The notes below the pieces were generated by a model. That model was not told the origin of the DNA. It searched no databases and was given only the letters and a program-made list of their open reading frames with translations. Position numbers and translations under genes: made by a program. Shown here piece after piece: positions 1 to 11,800 of a stretch of 64,000 nucleotides of DNA. Every line of letters begins with the position of its first letter. The stretch's first letter is position 1. The stretch comes from Lepidodermella squamata (Eukaryota > Animalia > Gastrotricha): contig JBLDXI010000048.1 of NCBI GenBank assembly GCA_047495785.1, positions 62,001 to 126,000 of the forward strand, in the 5' to 3' direction.

Positions 1-1217
1 AATTGCTTACAAGCGGCGGAAAGAGATAACTGTAAGAGTAAATGTTTTCGACCTGACTTGTTGTTATTTTCGCGTAAAAACTTGTCTGCCGCCCAATTCT
101 CGAAATCGAAAGATTTCTCTGATCTTTAATCGTAAAAGCCGGATTGCGATCTGTTGACGAAGGAAGTGAACAAATTCCCGCTAGTATCAACACGCTTTCT
201 TTTTCCAATGTCAATGAATTTCAATCAATCAATCAATGGGATGAAAGCTCAACGTAATAGCTGCGGTTCCGACCTTGGAGAAGTTGAGAAATTTCAAAAT
301 CATTTGACCGTTTACAAGGGATAAACAATTTGGCATAGTGAGATTTTGATGACGCTTCAAGACCAATGAACGAGGAGTCGAGCGATATCAAAAAGAGGTT
401 GATAGTCATCAGGGTTGCTGAGAAAATGGGTTTCGGGTGAAAAAATTTTATTTCGAAAATTGCGCTTTGCGACAATTTGGTTTTTAATGCAACTACTTAT
501 TCGTCGCGCAATAAATTCTGATGACATTTTCTTTGGCGCAGTCGAGGTAATTTTGGGTAAAATGTGAGGTGAGGAATCTTGCTAGATATTCAAATTAAGC
601 TAGTGCTTTCACGTAAACCTAAATCAATAAGCCTTTCGGCGACACTTTGGGGTCTGCTGAATTTTGAGGTGAATCCGAGCCTCTCTGAGGTCTGTAATTT
701 GAAAATTCCGAATCTTCTCAAGAAAAACTGAGTCACTTGTTAACGGTTATTTAACTTAACGAACAAATTCTAAAAAGCTTCAAAATTTAATTTAATTGAT
801 TAAGTCTCAAAAACATGATATTGACCAGATTTCCTGCTCGTTTCGATTACCTAAAATTTAACGTTCGGTTTTGCCGCACATAGGTACCTCTAGACAACAT
901 TATCTCGGTGCTGTGGCGAATAAGACGGGCATGTATTACTTTAACGAGCTGCGTGCGTGAGCTGCTGCTCTGCTGCTGTCTGCAGACCCATCTTTATTGC
1001 CCATATGTGCGGTGGCGGCTTTGTGTTTCCAGGTAGCGCGACCTCAGCGCGCAGACAATCGACTTCATCAGCGCCTTTTATGACGGCCGCGCGAGGTTAA
1101 CCCCGTGACACCGCCGCGACGGGGCCGCCGCAATCTCAAACGGCGCTCGCTCAATTTTGACTCACTCATCAATTTCATACCTATAGGCACGTTGCAACCA
1201 AAAGTTCCGCAACCACC

Positions 1218-4200
1218 ATGGGCTCGCATCGTTATAATATCTGCGCCCTAATTTTACCACTACTCCTCGCCATTCACCTAGTCACAGCAGCCGAGCCGCA
1301 GTATTTCGCCGAGGAGGAAGAACCATTTCCGTCCTCACAGCTAGCCGATCCTGTCCCGGAGACTCTGCAAGAACAACAGCAACAACGGGAAAGTGGTGAT
1401 GATGTCGATGAGGAGTTGGATTACTATCAAATGCTGTTGTCTCATGCGGACAAATCGCCGAGTCAACACGCGACAGCGCTTGAACTGGCGCGGCATTTAC
1501 TCGCCGAAACAGCGTCCGCGGGCAGCCTCGAATCAGCTGAAAGTACAGCCGAAGAATCGCCTCAGGATGACATTCTGTCACTCAAGGTAAAGCGCGAATT
1601 TTCGATATTTAATAGGTTTTCCGACATTTAAGCCTAGTTTGAAAAACGACAAACGCGCAAAGAATTTATTTCAGTCCATTTTAGACAGCCCAATCAAATC
1701 AGTTTTGAAGGACTAATTTGTAAAATCGATACTTGAATTCGATATCCAAGTATAACTAGTCCGCTGCGATGAGCGACGCAATACCGCAATATTACAGCGC
1801 ACTTGTCGTTAGCGCAATTGACGTCCATATAATTTGAATTTCATTTAAAATAAAATGAGCTTTTTTTCTAGTTTTCTCAGCCGACAGTTTCGTTGCCGAA
1901 CGATGACATTGCGATCGATCCTGAACTCAGCCGGCACGTTGCTCACACTGTGTTCAACGCGCCAATTCCTATGCCGAAATCAGCCCGTTTCGGCGCTTCA
2001 AAGCCTTCGCAATTTCATTTGAAACCGCAAACAAAATCCTCCGTATTGGAACTTGAGCCTGAACCCGACCAAGAACCTGAATCTACCGGGGCGAAACGAG
2101 CCAGTCTCCACTGCGCCATCGAGCGGGTGTCAGTGCCGTGCCGGCTTGATGACGCCCAGGCCGGGCTTGAACAGTGTGGCCGGCGAAATTGGACGGCGGG
2201 CATGACTTTCCACGTCGACGCGCTGCCGGAAGCGGGCACTGATGCGGCGACTATTTTCAAAATTTTCGTCGCACCTTTCCACCAGAATGGCGACGCCTTT
2301 GTCGGCGATACGGCGGCTGTTCAGGATAACGCATGGCTCGGTAAAAAATTCAATATTATACTCAGTAATCGGAACAAATCAAATTTTAAAATTTCCAATT
2401 TCCAATTTGATTTTTAAAATTTTTCAAAATTTTAAAATTTGATTTTTTCGGAAATTAAAAAAAACTTTTTTAAATTTAAATTTCGAAATGTAAAATTTTC
2501 ACAATAGGTACCTACTACCTACTACATTTTTGTATGGTTTTTAATTATTTTTGTAGCGATAACTCCCGATGATGCGTTAGTGCAGAACCCTCGAAGGGCC
2601 ATCAGCGTGACGTTAATAGCTTCGTGCTGCCTGCGGCAAGTTCGTGTTCAGGCCGAAACGTTGTCCCACGACTCGGACGATTGTCAATTCGATTTTTGCA
2701 ACGGCGTTCGATGCCCAGCCTCTTCGACCTGCTCACCCGATGGCCGCTGTTACTGCCCGCCCGGCCGACAATGCGATAGCAGGGCTGAGAATGAAGCCGG
2801 AGATGCTGCGGCGATGAAAAAGCTGGGAGAGATTAAAATCGACTCGGCAGAGGAGAAGACGACTTCAACTCGAACTAGGCCAAGCTCAACAACAAAAGGT
2901 AATTAATTTTTCAATTTTTTTAAAATTTCAATGACATTTTTTTTATTTTCTTAAGCTACAACTACGACACCTCTGACCGCTGCTTCGCCAAAAATTCCGA
3001 AATATTGGAAAAACCATCATTACTATCGAACCTCTCCATTTGTCACAACCCCGCTACCTACACTACCAACCGAGCCAAGTGACCTAGAAAATGACACAGA
3101 AGAGGGTTCCGATTCTGAGACTGCGTCACGCTTGGACCCGCATGAATTATCATCTCCGCCTGTTATTGTGAGCAGCGGCATTTCAAAATCTCGCGTCAAA
3201 GCGTGTGCGCCTGGTTATTTGTGCTGTGACAACGCCGAGACGGACGAGCGCCGCACCTATTTCGACCCGTTCGGCTTTTTCGAGTGCTGCGCCGATGCCA
3301 CAGTGGCGCCGCGAACTTACTGCAAACAGCCTGCTCTTGGTAAGCTGTAAAAACCTGTAATTTTGAGAAATTTAGGAAGCTTTAAATAATTTAATTCGGG
3401 TCACATTTTCACATACCTGAGCTGAATTGAAAATTTGAATTTAATTTTAAAATTTAAAACATAGTTCTTCAAATCTGAACATTTGTGCACTAGGCATACT
3501 CATTACCAAGTTGTCTCCAATCTAAAATAATACTGATTTCATACTTGCAGCTTCAAGTCGCGTGGATCTTCCGAGTCCTGTTGAAACCAGCGACAATTCC
3601 GCGATTCGCTGGCCTGGATCCAACAGCAACAACAACAACAACCACGACGATCTCCGCCGGCCTGTCCCACTCAGCTTCCCGCCAATCGTCGTCAAGTCAC
3701 GCTCGAGTGGCGACGCGAACATGCGGCCGCCATTTTTCGCCCCAATCGAACGAACAACGACGACATCAACGACAACTTTGCCGCCGACAACAGCGAGCAC
3801 TGCGTCAACTTCGAGTAACGCCCTGGAACAGCTGATCGAGTGCGACAACAATTTCTTCTCGATCCCAGCCTCGGAACGGCCGTTTTTCGCGTGTTGCGGC
3901 ACTTCACTCTACTTCTGGCTGACCGAACGGTGCCAGAATGGCGCCATAGTGCCGAGGGTTGACCTCGATACGACTACAACATCGACTACGACGACTAGTA
4001 CTACAACCACCACGACTACAACAACAACAGTTCCAACTACTACGAGCCAAAAATCAATGTCAAAATCGAAGAAAAATCTAATTGAAAAGCTGATCAGTCG
4101 AATTCTGGCGTCGGGTGTCAGCGAAGATTCGATGCCGAACTTTTCATCATCGTCATCATCGAACACGGGCGTCGTGAAATCGAGCTCGAACTCGAAGCCG

Positions 4201-4392
4201 AAAATCATGGCTATGGGGCTCGGCGGCGTGAATGCGTCGGCCCTGCCGATGTCAGATTCGAAAAACCGCTGGCAGGTCGTGTCGATGGTATGCAATGGCG
4301 CGCACTTCGTGATACCGGCGGCGCAACGCGACCAGCTCGGCTGCTGCGGCTCGCACCTCTACTTCCCCGCCAGTCAAAAGTGCAAAACTTGA
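1218..4392 (+). CDS. Secreted Cys-rich/Thr-rich protein (about 801 aa) with an EGF-like module and galaxin-like di-Cys repeats; exons 1218-1586, 1872-2340, 2557-2898, 2956-3339, 3551-4392
   Basis: Signal peptide (ALILPLLLAIHLVTAA). GT-AG junctions join five ORFs in frame. Motifs CNGVRCPASSTCSPDGRCYCPPGRQC, CCGTSLYFWLTERC, CCGSHLYFPASQKC and poly-Thr tracts. AATAAA at 4495. Confidence 0.75.
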
Positions 4393-4669
4393 CATATCAC
4401 GCCGGCTATTGAGGCAAACCGCCGTCATGGCACCTCCTGTACAATTGCATTATAATAGTCCTTTATCATCGCGTCTTTTTTTGAGAGAAATTTGAATAAA
4501 AATGCAGCTTTTGGCAATTGTATTTCTTGCTTTGGATTCCGAAAACTTGGCCACTGGATTTTCATGGGTCAATTTGTCCAATTTTTTCGCCCTGATCAGC
4601 AATCAACAATAGTGGTCTTTGGAACTTTTTGGCGTGCTAAATTTATTGTGCAATAACATCGCCACCAAA

Positions 4670-4755
4670 CCCGCGATAGCTCAGCTGGTAGAGCGGAGGA
4701 CTGTAGATGCAACGCAGTTATCCTTAGGTCGGTGGTTCAAGTCCGCCTCGCGGGA
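4670..4755 (+). tRNA. tRNA-Tyr(GTA), 13-nt intron 4707-4719
   Basis: cccgcga/tcgcggg acceptor stem, ctGTAg, intron after position 37, A/B boxes. Confidence 0.95.
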
Positions 4756-4839
4756 GTTGACAGCTTTTTGAGTGAAAAATTGTGTAATTGCAATTACAAA
4801 TGTTTTGCTGAGGGCTCTCGTCCACGCTGTGATGCAACA

Positions 4840-4921
4840 GTCGCTATGCCCGAGTGGTTAAGGGGTCTGACTCGAAATCAGATGCGGTTTCCGCGCGTAG
4901 GTTCGAATCCTACTGGCGACG
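4840..4921 (+). tRNA. tRNA-Ser(CGA)
   Basis: Cloverleaf with long variable arm, ctCGAaa. Confidence 0.95.
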
Positions 4922-5019
4922 CTCAGTTTTTGGTTGCTGTAGCAGGAAGTAAGCTAGCTATTCAAACTACTACAATGACCGTAAACATCGTCTGACCATG
5001 ACTATGACACGCATGCAAG

Positions 5020-5091
5020 TCCTTGGTAGTATAGTGGTTAGTATCCCCGCCTGTCACGCGGGAGACCAGGGTTCGATTCCCTGCCAAGGAG
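5020..5091 (+). tRNA. tRNA-Asp(GTC)
   Basis: Cloverleaf, ctGTCac. Confidence 0.95.
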
Positions 5092-5152
5092 CATTCATTT
5101 TGCTGTAGCAGATCAAAATGCCTGTATTAAAATTTCCCTGCAAAAGTATTAT

Positions 5153-5234
5153 CGACGCAGAAGGGATTCGAACCCTCGCGGGCAGAGCCCAATGGATTAG
5201 CAGTCCATCGCCTTAACCACTCGGCCACCGCGTC
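5153..5234 (-). tRNA. tRNA-Ser(GCT)
   Basis: Cloverleaf, ctGCTaa, long variable arm. Confidence 0.95.
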
Positions 5235-5340
5235 CATATCAATTACAAGCTGCGTGGCGATCATTGAGCTGGCTTTGATTCAACTATTGGTGTAAGTTAC
5301 AAGAGCCCGCTGATCGAAATATCGCCTAACCGCGAAATCA

Positions 5341-5412
5341 GCCACGGTAGTATAGTGGTTAGTGTTCCTCGTTGTGGCCGAGGTGACCCTGGTTCGACTC
5401 CAGGCCGTGGCA
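5341..5412 (+). tRNA. tRNA-His(GTG)
   Basis: Cloverleaf, ttGTGgc. Confidence 0.92.
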
Positions 5413-5516
5413 GAGTCACACAGAACTCGAGACAGCGGCAGGCGGTTCAATTTTTTGCATACTTATTGACAGCGACGACGGGTTTTTGTAAAAAGCCAAG
5501 CCAAAAAGCTTACAGC

Positions 5517-5589
5517 TGATTCGGGCCGGGATTGAACCGGCGACCTTCTGCGTGTTAGGCAGATGTGATAACCACTACACCACCGAACC
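5517..5589 (-). tRNA. tRNA-Val(AAC)
   Basis: Cloverleaf, ctAACac. Confidence 0.95.
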
Positions 5590-5665
5590 GCTCGTGCCAG
5601 TGCTATTATTTCGCGGCGTATCGTCACCTCTATGCATGCCACCTCTTAGACTTTAAAAACGTTAA

Positions 5666-5749
5666 TGTCAGAAGTGGGATTCGAACCCACGCCAGTAGAA
5701 ACTGACTGCGACCTGAACGCAGCGCCTTGGACCGCTCGGCCATCCTGAC
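5666..5749 (-). tRNA. tRNA-Leu(CAG)
   Basis: Cloverleaf, ttCAGgt, long variable arm. Confidence 0.95.
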
Positions 5750-5901
5750 TGACGGAGTGGGATGAGTGCAACGTGCTTAGGCGAGCCCGGCATGTGAATC
5801 GAAAGCTACTACTGGCTGAATTCGATCTCGATCTCGAACGCGGCTGCGGCGAGTCTCGAGTGAAGCTGGATTGACGGAATGCGGAAAGAAGCCGCCAGGA
5901 A

Positions 5902-5983
5902 GTCGCTATGCCCGAGTGGTTAAGGGGTCTGACTAGAAATCAGATGCGGTCTCCGCGCGTAGGTTCAAATCCTACTGGCGACG
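5902..5983 (+). tRNA. tRNA-Ser(AGA)
   Basis: Cloverleaf, ctAGAaa. Confidence 0.95.
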
Positions 5984-6066
5984 AGTAATTTTGCAGTCGT
6001 GTTGGGCTCAAAAACACTCCAAAAAATCACTACATACTTGATTCTCAGCTGCTAAACTTCTGACCG

Positions 6067-6139
6067 GGCGCTGTGGCGAAATGGCTATCGCGTCGGACTT
6101 CGGATCCGAAGATTGTGGGTTCGAGTCCCATCAGCGTCG
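6067..6139 (+). tRNA. tRNA-Arg(TCG)
   Basis: Cloverleaf, ctTCGga. Confidence 0.93.
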
Positions 6140-6236
6140 ACAAATTTTGCACCCGTTGAGGGCGGCTTATTTGCCGCTTGGAAATCAGCAGCATCGAAAT
6201 CTTCTCCAGCTCTATAAACGGCCGCCATCAACATGG

Positions 6237-6309
6237 GCCTTCCTAGCTCAGTCGGTAGAGCATGTGACTTTTAATCACAGGGTCGGGGGTTCGAGTCCCC
6301 CGGAGGGCG
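6237..6309 (+). tRNA. tRNA-Lys(TTT)
   Basis: Cloverleaf, ctTTTaa. Confidence 0.95.
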
Positions 6310-6356
6310 CAAGCTTTTTCAAGGCAATTACCGTAACCGCTGCTATACGAAATCAC

Positions 6357-6429
6357 GGGGGATTAGCTCAAATGGTAGAGCGCTCGCTTAGCATGCGAGA
6401 GGTAACGGGATCGACGCCCGTATCCTCCA
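6357..6429 (+). tRNA. tRNA-Ala(AGC)
   Basis: G3:U70 pair, ttAGCat. Confidence 0.95.
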
Positions 6430-6507
6430 ATTTTTCTCGCAAAATTTCATAACCTGGCTAGGCTTCTCTACGCGAATAATGCCACTGCTGCAGAAATACC
6501 CAGCCTC

Positions 6508-6579
6508 GGCTCAGTAGCTTAGTGGTAGAGCGTCTGCCTAGTAAGCAGAAGATCGAGGGTTCGATCCCCCCCTGAGCCT
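6508..6579 (+). tRNA. tRNA-Thr(AGT)
   Basis: Cloverleaf, ctAGTaa; C7 run gives canonical length. Confidence 0.9.
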
Positions 6580-6654
6580 TGCTTGACTTTTTCGGCGGCA
6601 AGCTCTCTTTTTGCGTACCAAAACCTACAATTGACATTGCAAAGCTCAAAAACT

Positions 6655-6726
6655 TTCCCTGACCGGGAATCGAACCCGGGCCGCCGCGGTGAAAGCGCGG
6701 AATCCTAACCACTAGACCATCAGGGA
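6655..6726 (-). tRNA. tRNA-Glu(TTC)
   Basis: Cloverleaf, ctTTCac. Confidence 0.95.
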
Positions 6727-6819
6727 GCTGCTTCTTCATATGCGCTGTGGCATCAACGTAACAGGAATATGTTGGCAAAAACTGTGCATATGCATGAATG
6801 GCTTGAATTCAAAAATTAT

Positions 6820-6891
6820 GGGCCCGTTCGGGAATTGAACCCGAGACCTCTCGCACCCGAAGCGAGAATCATACCCCTAGACCAACGGGCC
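6820..6891 (-). tRNA. tRNA-Pro(CGG)
   Basis: Cloverleaf, ttCGGgt. Confidence 0.95.
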
Positions 6892-6976
6892 TCATCTAAA
6901 AGTTTTATGGAATTTCTTGCTCTTGAGGGCTGGTTGTTTGCCGTTTTGAAATATCGCTTTTATGAAAAAAGAAGCT

Positions 6977-7049
6977 CGCCGAGACCCGGGATCGAACCAG
7001 GGACCTTTAGATCTTCAGTCTAACGCTCTCCCAACTGAGCTATCTCGGC
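6977..7049 (-). tRNA. tRNA-Phe(GAA)
   Basis: Cloverleaf, ctGAAga; discriminator base is G. Confidence 0.93.
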
Positions 7050-7261
7050 GTGTGCAATGTGAACTTGCAGGGGCGAGCTACAGCTTTGAAGGCACACGCC
7101 CAAGTCCGAGTTGTGTGCACACTGGCGTTGCAGAGTTCTTTGGCACTGCGCATGGTTAGCTTCTACTCGAACGGCCTGAACTCCAGCGCACAAGGCATAA
7201 ATGACGGTACGAAATTCAAATGAAGAATTATGGCGAACCCTGTCAACATAACTAACGTCAA

Positions 7262-7333
7262 GGCCCGTTGGTCTAGGGGTATGATTCTCGCTTTGGGTGC
7301 GAGAGGTCTCGGGTTCAAATCCCGGACGGGCCC
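7262..7333 (+). tRNA. tRNA-Pro(TGG)
   Basis: Cloverleaf, ttTGGgt. Confidence 0.95.
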
Positions 7334-7413
7334 GATCTTTTTGGTTGATTAGCGACATACGCCTTGCCAGCAGAGGCCTGCGTATTGTTTCAGGCGGGGC
7401 AATGAATACAGCG

Positions 7414-7488
7414 GCATCGGTGGTTCAGTGGTAGAATTCTCGCCTGCCACGCGGGAGGCCGATGCGAGTTCGATTCCCGGCCGATGCA
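7414..7488 (+). pseudogene. tRNA-Gly(GCC) with disrupted T-stem
   Basis: ggcc-gatgcga-gttcga replaces ggcc-cgg-gttcga seen in copies 2 and 3. Confidence 0.8.
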
Positions 7489-7570
7489 ACGCACACAATT
7501 TTTGAGCTATCTATTTTGAACGGCTTTCAAACCACTAAAGTACTACGTGTCAGCTACAATGAATGTAACG

Positions 7571-7642
7571 TCCTTGGTAGTATAGTGGTTAGTATCCCCG
7601 CCTGTCACGCGGGAGACCAGGGTTCGATTCCCTGCCAAGGAG
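7571..7642 (+). tRNA. tRNA-Asp(GTC)
   Basis: Identical to 5020-5091. Confidence 0.95.
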
Positions 7643-7705
7643 AACCTTTTTCTCGCTCTTCGAAAACGCAATCTATTGGAGGATCTAAGAAGCAAAAAGC
7701 GAAAT

Positions 7706-7778
7706 CGCCCGATGTGGGGCTCGAACCCACGACCCTGGGATTAAGAGTCCCATGCTCTACCGACTGAGCTAACCGGGC
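7706..7778 (-). tRNA. tRNA-Lys(CTT)
   Basis: Cloverleaf, ctCTTaa. Confidence 0.95.
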
Positions 7779-7861
7779 TGAGACAGTGTCGTCGTCTACC
7801 CCGAAAATATGAGAAGTAGCAAAGCCTGTGTAGATCCAATGATGCTTTCTCTAAAAAAATT

Positions 7862-7884
7862 CGAGGCTGCCAGGAGTCGAACCT
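7862..7884 (-). pseudogene. 3' fragment of tRNA-Arg(ACG) at the cassette breakpoint
   Basis: Matches 31401-31423, then homology stops. Confidence 0.85.
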
Positions 7885-8884
7885 TCCATTTCCAATAATT
7901 TTTCGTATATGTAACTTCAAAGCTTGAATGCTATGCCCTTTTAATGAATAAGCAAATTATTATACAAGATTTGTCAGCATTTTCGTCTGCTGTTTCGTCG
8001 CGTTTGCTGTTTTGTGTCAGCTTCGATGTGTCACCCGAGTTTCAGTGAAAGCTGTGTTAATCTGAGTCGTCTAAAACGGAAGATTTTTAGTGGCTCGTGC
8101 AGAAAGCATGGACTTAACTTCACAAATTCGTAGCGATTCCGGTTCAGACTTCAGACCATTATTTTTCCTTTTTTCAAAGCGTCAGTTCCCGTTCGTTCTG
8201 ATCCAATATTCAGCACGGGAAATTCGGCTGCGCAGTGGGAAGTTTTCGAATAACAGTGAATTGCAGGAAAATAAGCTGAAATGGGTCAAAATTTTAGCGG
8301 GAAATTTCGCAGGTTTTACAAAGATTTCCACGACACTACCGGCGACAGTACGGGGTTCCCCCGCCGGCATAACAACCCAATTTTTCAAAATTTCGCAGTT
8401 GCGCAATCTGAACAATGCATGAAATAAGGACGAAATTAACAAGGGCCACCATACCCCTCCATCGTATAAAAACGACGTCAATCTTGGAGTAAACAAAATC
8501 GCATGTTTTTTCGTAGTTGAAATTTTTATTAGCAATTATTCTCATCATCAAATCGTGGCGTGTGTCGATCGATATAAGAAGAAGCTATGGCGCAGTCAGT
8601 CGCGAATATGCACACTCGAGCAACACACGATTCGCCGAGTCGGACTTGAATTACAATCTAGAGGAATAAGTACCGCCTACTACATCATAGTATGTAACAA
8701 TCGAAACGTGTGCCATCGACATTATTTCATACACGCGCAGCAACAACTGTACACGCCGCTGTTCGAGATAGGCACACGAAATGACACGAAATGAATAAAC
8801 GAATGCGAACAACGACGACGAAAGAACAACTAGAGAGAAAAAGAGAGTGAAGCCTGTACACAGCCTACAAAAGCGAGAAGATCA

Positions 8885-11800
8885 TCATCTCTGCTGTGCG
8901 CCGTACTGCCCGCCGGCATAGCTCTGCCACGGGTTCTGAGTCGCCGATGGCGCCGCTGCAGACTGCTGAGCCGCCGCCGCTTGCTGCTGCGATGGCTGTT
9001 GCCCAGTTGCCGCCGTCTGCTGCTGCGCCTGGGCCGCGGCCGCGTACTGGCTGTAGTACTGCTGCCACTGCGCCCACTGCTGCTGGTAGGCGGCCTGCTG
9101 CGCGGGTGTCATCGAGGCTGTCGAGGTGGGCGGCTGGCCGGGCGCGGCGGCGGGTGCGGCAGCCGATGCCGAGCCCGGCGTCGCTCCGCCTTGTTGCGCC
9201 TGCGCCGCTTGCGCCAACTGCTGCTGGTGTTGCTGCCATTGAGCACCGTATTGCTGCCACTGTCATAAACACAAAAATGCGAAAATCAATCACATGGATA
9301 AATAAATAATCGTCCTAAGGCGCCTTAACTGCTCAAAACATTACGTAAATGATTTTCCGATTTTTCAACTTTTCCCCTATTTTCCCGTAACTGAGTTCGC
9401 GAAACAAAAGTGATCAACAACAACAACAGAGAAAACCCGATGGTAAACGGTTCGGTATTTTCGGTACTTTACCATATTAAACCGATTTTTAAGGTATACT
9501 TAAAGTTAATTGTATTTCAGTTTTTTCCAGCACTCGTTTTTTTGCGAAAAACAAGTTGACATTCGCAGATATTTCAACTAGTCTTTTCACCAGTCTATGA
9601 TCGACAATTTGTTCAATCGGATATATAGATTGCATTCTAGCCCTATACTACAAGATCAGAAATCGCACTTACCCATCGCTGTTGCTCGGCTGTCCAGCCC
9701 TGTTGATTGGGCGGCGCCGCTCCAGCCGCAGCCGGTGCCGCGCTTGTCGGGGCCGGTGCCTGTGCCGGGGCCGCCGCTGGAACCGCACTAGGCTGTTGTT
9801 GTTGCTGGTGCCAGTTCGGAGGCGCCGTCTGCTGCTGTTGCTGCGGGGCGACAGGCCGCGGCGGTTGCGCCTGCCAATTCGGCGGCTGAACTTGCTGCTG
9901 CTGAGGGGGCTGAGTCGTCTGCTGTTGCTGTTGCTGCTGGTTCCACTGGTTCCACTGCTGCTGCGGCGGTGGCTGTTGTTGCTGTTGCTGAGCAGCCGGA
10001 GCCTGGTACCCACCGTATTGCGGCTGTTGCGGTTGTTGCTGCTGGTGGTGATAAGAAGACCCTACCGGCGCTGCGTACTGGCCCTGTTGCTGCTGCTGGG
10101 GTGCTCCCGAGGGCGGGCCTGGGCGCTGCGGCGGCTGACTGCTCGACGCCACCGGCGGCACCGTCGAAGAACCGCCCTGGTCCTGCGACCACCGGCTCTG
10201 GCGCGGCCTCTCGCCGTTCTGCGGCCGCTGGTTGTAGCCACCCTGCTGCGGCGGCGGCGGACCTTGCTGCTGCTGGGGAGGCGGTGGACCCTGCTGGTAG
10301 CCTCCCTGGTACCCTCCGCGAGGCGGGCCCTGCTGCCAGCCACGCTCAGGCGGCGGACCGCCCCGGCCCCCGCGATCGAAATCATCCCGCCGCTGGTCAC
10401 CCCAGTTGCCGCCTTGCTGCGGCGGCGGACCACCCCACCTCTGACCCGGGCCCATCGTTGGGTTGGGCAGCAAGCCCTCGCGAGGCGGCCCACCCCCACG
10501 GCCTCCCCGGTCCGAATACCCGCCTCGGTATCCCGTTCCAGCGCCCGGCGGTGGCGGACCACCACGCGGCGCCCCTCGACCGAACCCACGGCCCCGGTAC
10601 CCGCCGTCGTAACCGCCCCGCTCGCTCTGGTACCCCGGCTCGAAGCGGGGAGGCGGCGGCGGTGGGCCTCGCGACCGGTACCGATCAAACTCCGACTCGC
10701 GAAAATGCTCCGGCTCATCGCGGTTGTTCGGAAACCGCGGCGGCCGCCTGTCATCGCCGCCGCCCCGGCCCCGGTCGTCATGGTAGCCGCCACCCCGGCG
10801 CTCGGCGTACCCGCCCCGGCCAGGCCCGAACCGGTCGCCGCGCGTGCGGTCGCTGAAGCGGTCGAACGGCCGGCGGCCATACGACTCGGACGAGCGGCCG
10901 CCGTCGTTGTAGCGCGAACTGCGCGAGTTGTGGTAGTCGGAGCCGCCGCGCGACGCCGCCAGCTCCTCATCTCGCTCGCGCGCCTTCTCGAGCTCGCGGG
11001 CGCCGTCCTCGTTGTACTGTTTCACGAGGTCGCGCGCCTCCTGCTCCGGCAGCTCGGCGTACTCGATCGAGTCGAGGTAGCCGCCCGAGGTGGACGGCAG
11101 CTCGAAGCCGGCGCGCATCTCGACGATGGCGTCGAACGGGATGTCGCGGCCCTCGATGCGCTCGCGCTCCGCACACCGCCGCTTGTACTCCTCGTCGGGC
11201 GGCACGACGACGACGGCCTTGCGCTTGAAGCCGCCGAACAGCGTCATCTTGCGGCGCTGCGTCGACGTGTACACGTTCGTCTGGTCGAGGATGTAGTTGC
11301 GCGGCCGCGTCGCCGCCACTTCGATCAGCTTGTTCAGGCACCGCATCGCCGTGTCGATCAGGTCGCACATTTTGCCGCGCTGTTCGTCCTTGTGCACGCG
11401 CCGGCGCGGCTTGTCGTCGAGCCGCATCGCGTCGAGCACGTACGAGACGCCGAGCGCGTTGAAGCGCATCTCGGCGCGCTCGTGCAGCAGCTTGTTCACG
11501 TAGAAGGTCTTGCCGGCGGAGGGCAGGCCGCACATCATGATGACCTCGCACTCGGCCTTGGAGGCGGGCGGCAGGGGGTTGCGTTCGCGCTCCTCCACCG
11601 CCACGTCGTTGAGCATGACGAAGCCGGCGGGCAGGGCGAACCACGGCGTCGCTTTCTGGCCGAAGTTGCACTCGACCGAGACGTTTTTCAGGAGGAGGTG
11701 CGGCATGAGGGCGACGGGCAGCGGCGTTTCCTGGCCCTCGGTCGCGTTTGCCAGCAACTCCGCGCGGTTGAAAGTGAACGCGTGGACGAGAGGCAGCGGC

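Larger units (their letters stand above)
4658..7884. repeat. tRNA cassette copy 1 (Tyr to a truncated Arg-ACG; 19 genes plus a fragment)
   Basis: Same gene order and spacers as 28392-32085, 57427-60652 and 62131-64000. Confidence 0.95.

Noticed and set aside
6081-7767. Short ORFs repeated in each cassette (also 29559-31593, 57887-60599, 62279-63967)
   Set aside because: They are translations of tRNA genes and are frameshifted between copies.
4658-7884. CRISPR array or prophage tRNA island
   Set aside because: The repeats are eukaryotic Pol III tRNA genes (no encoded CCA, intron in Tyr, T-run terminators) among spliced genes.
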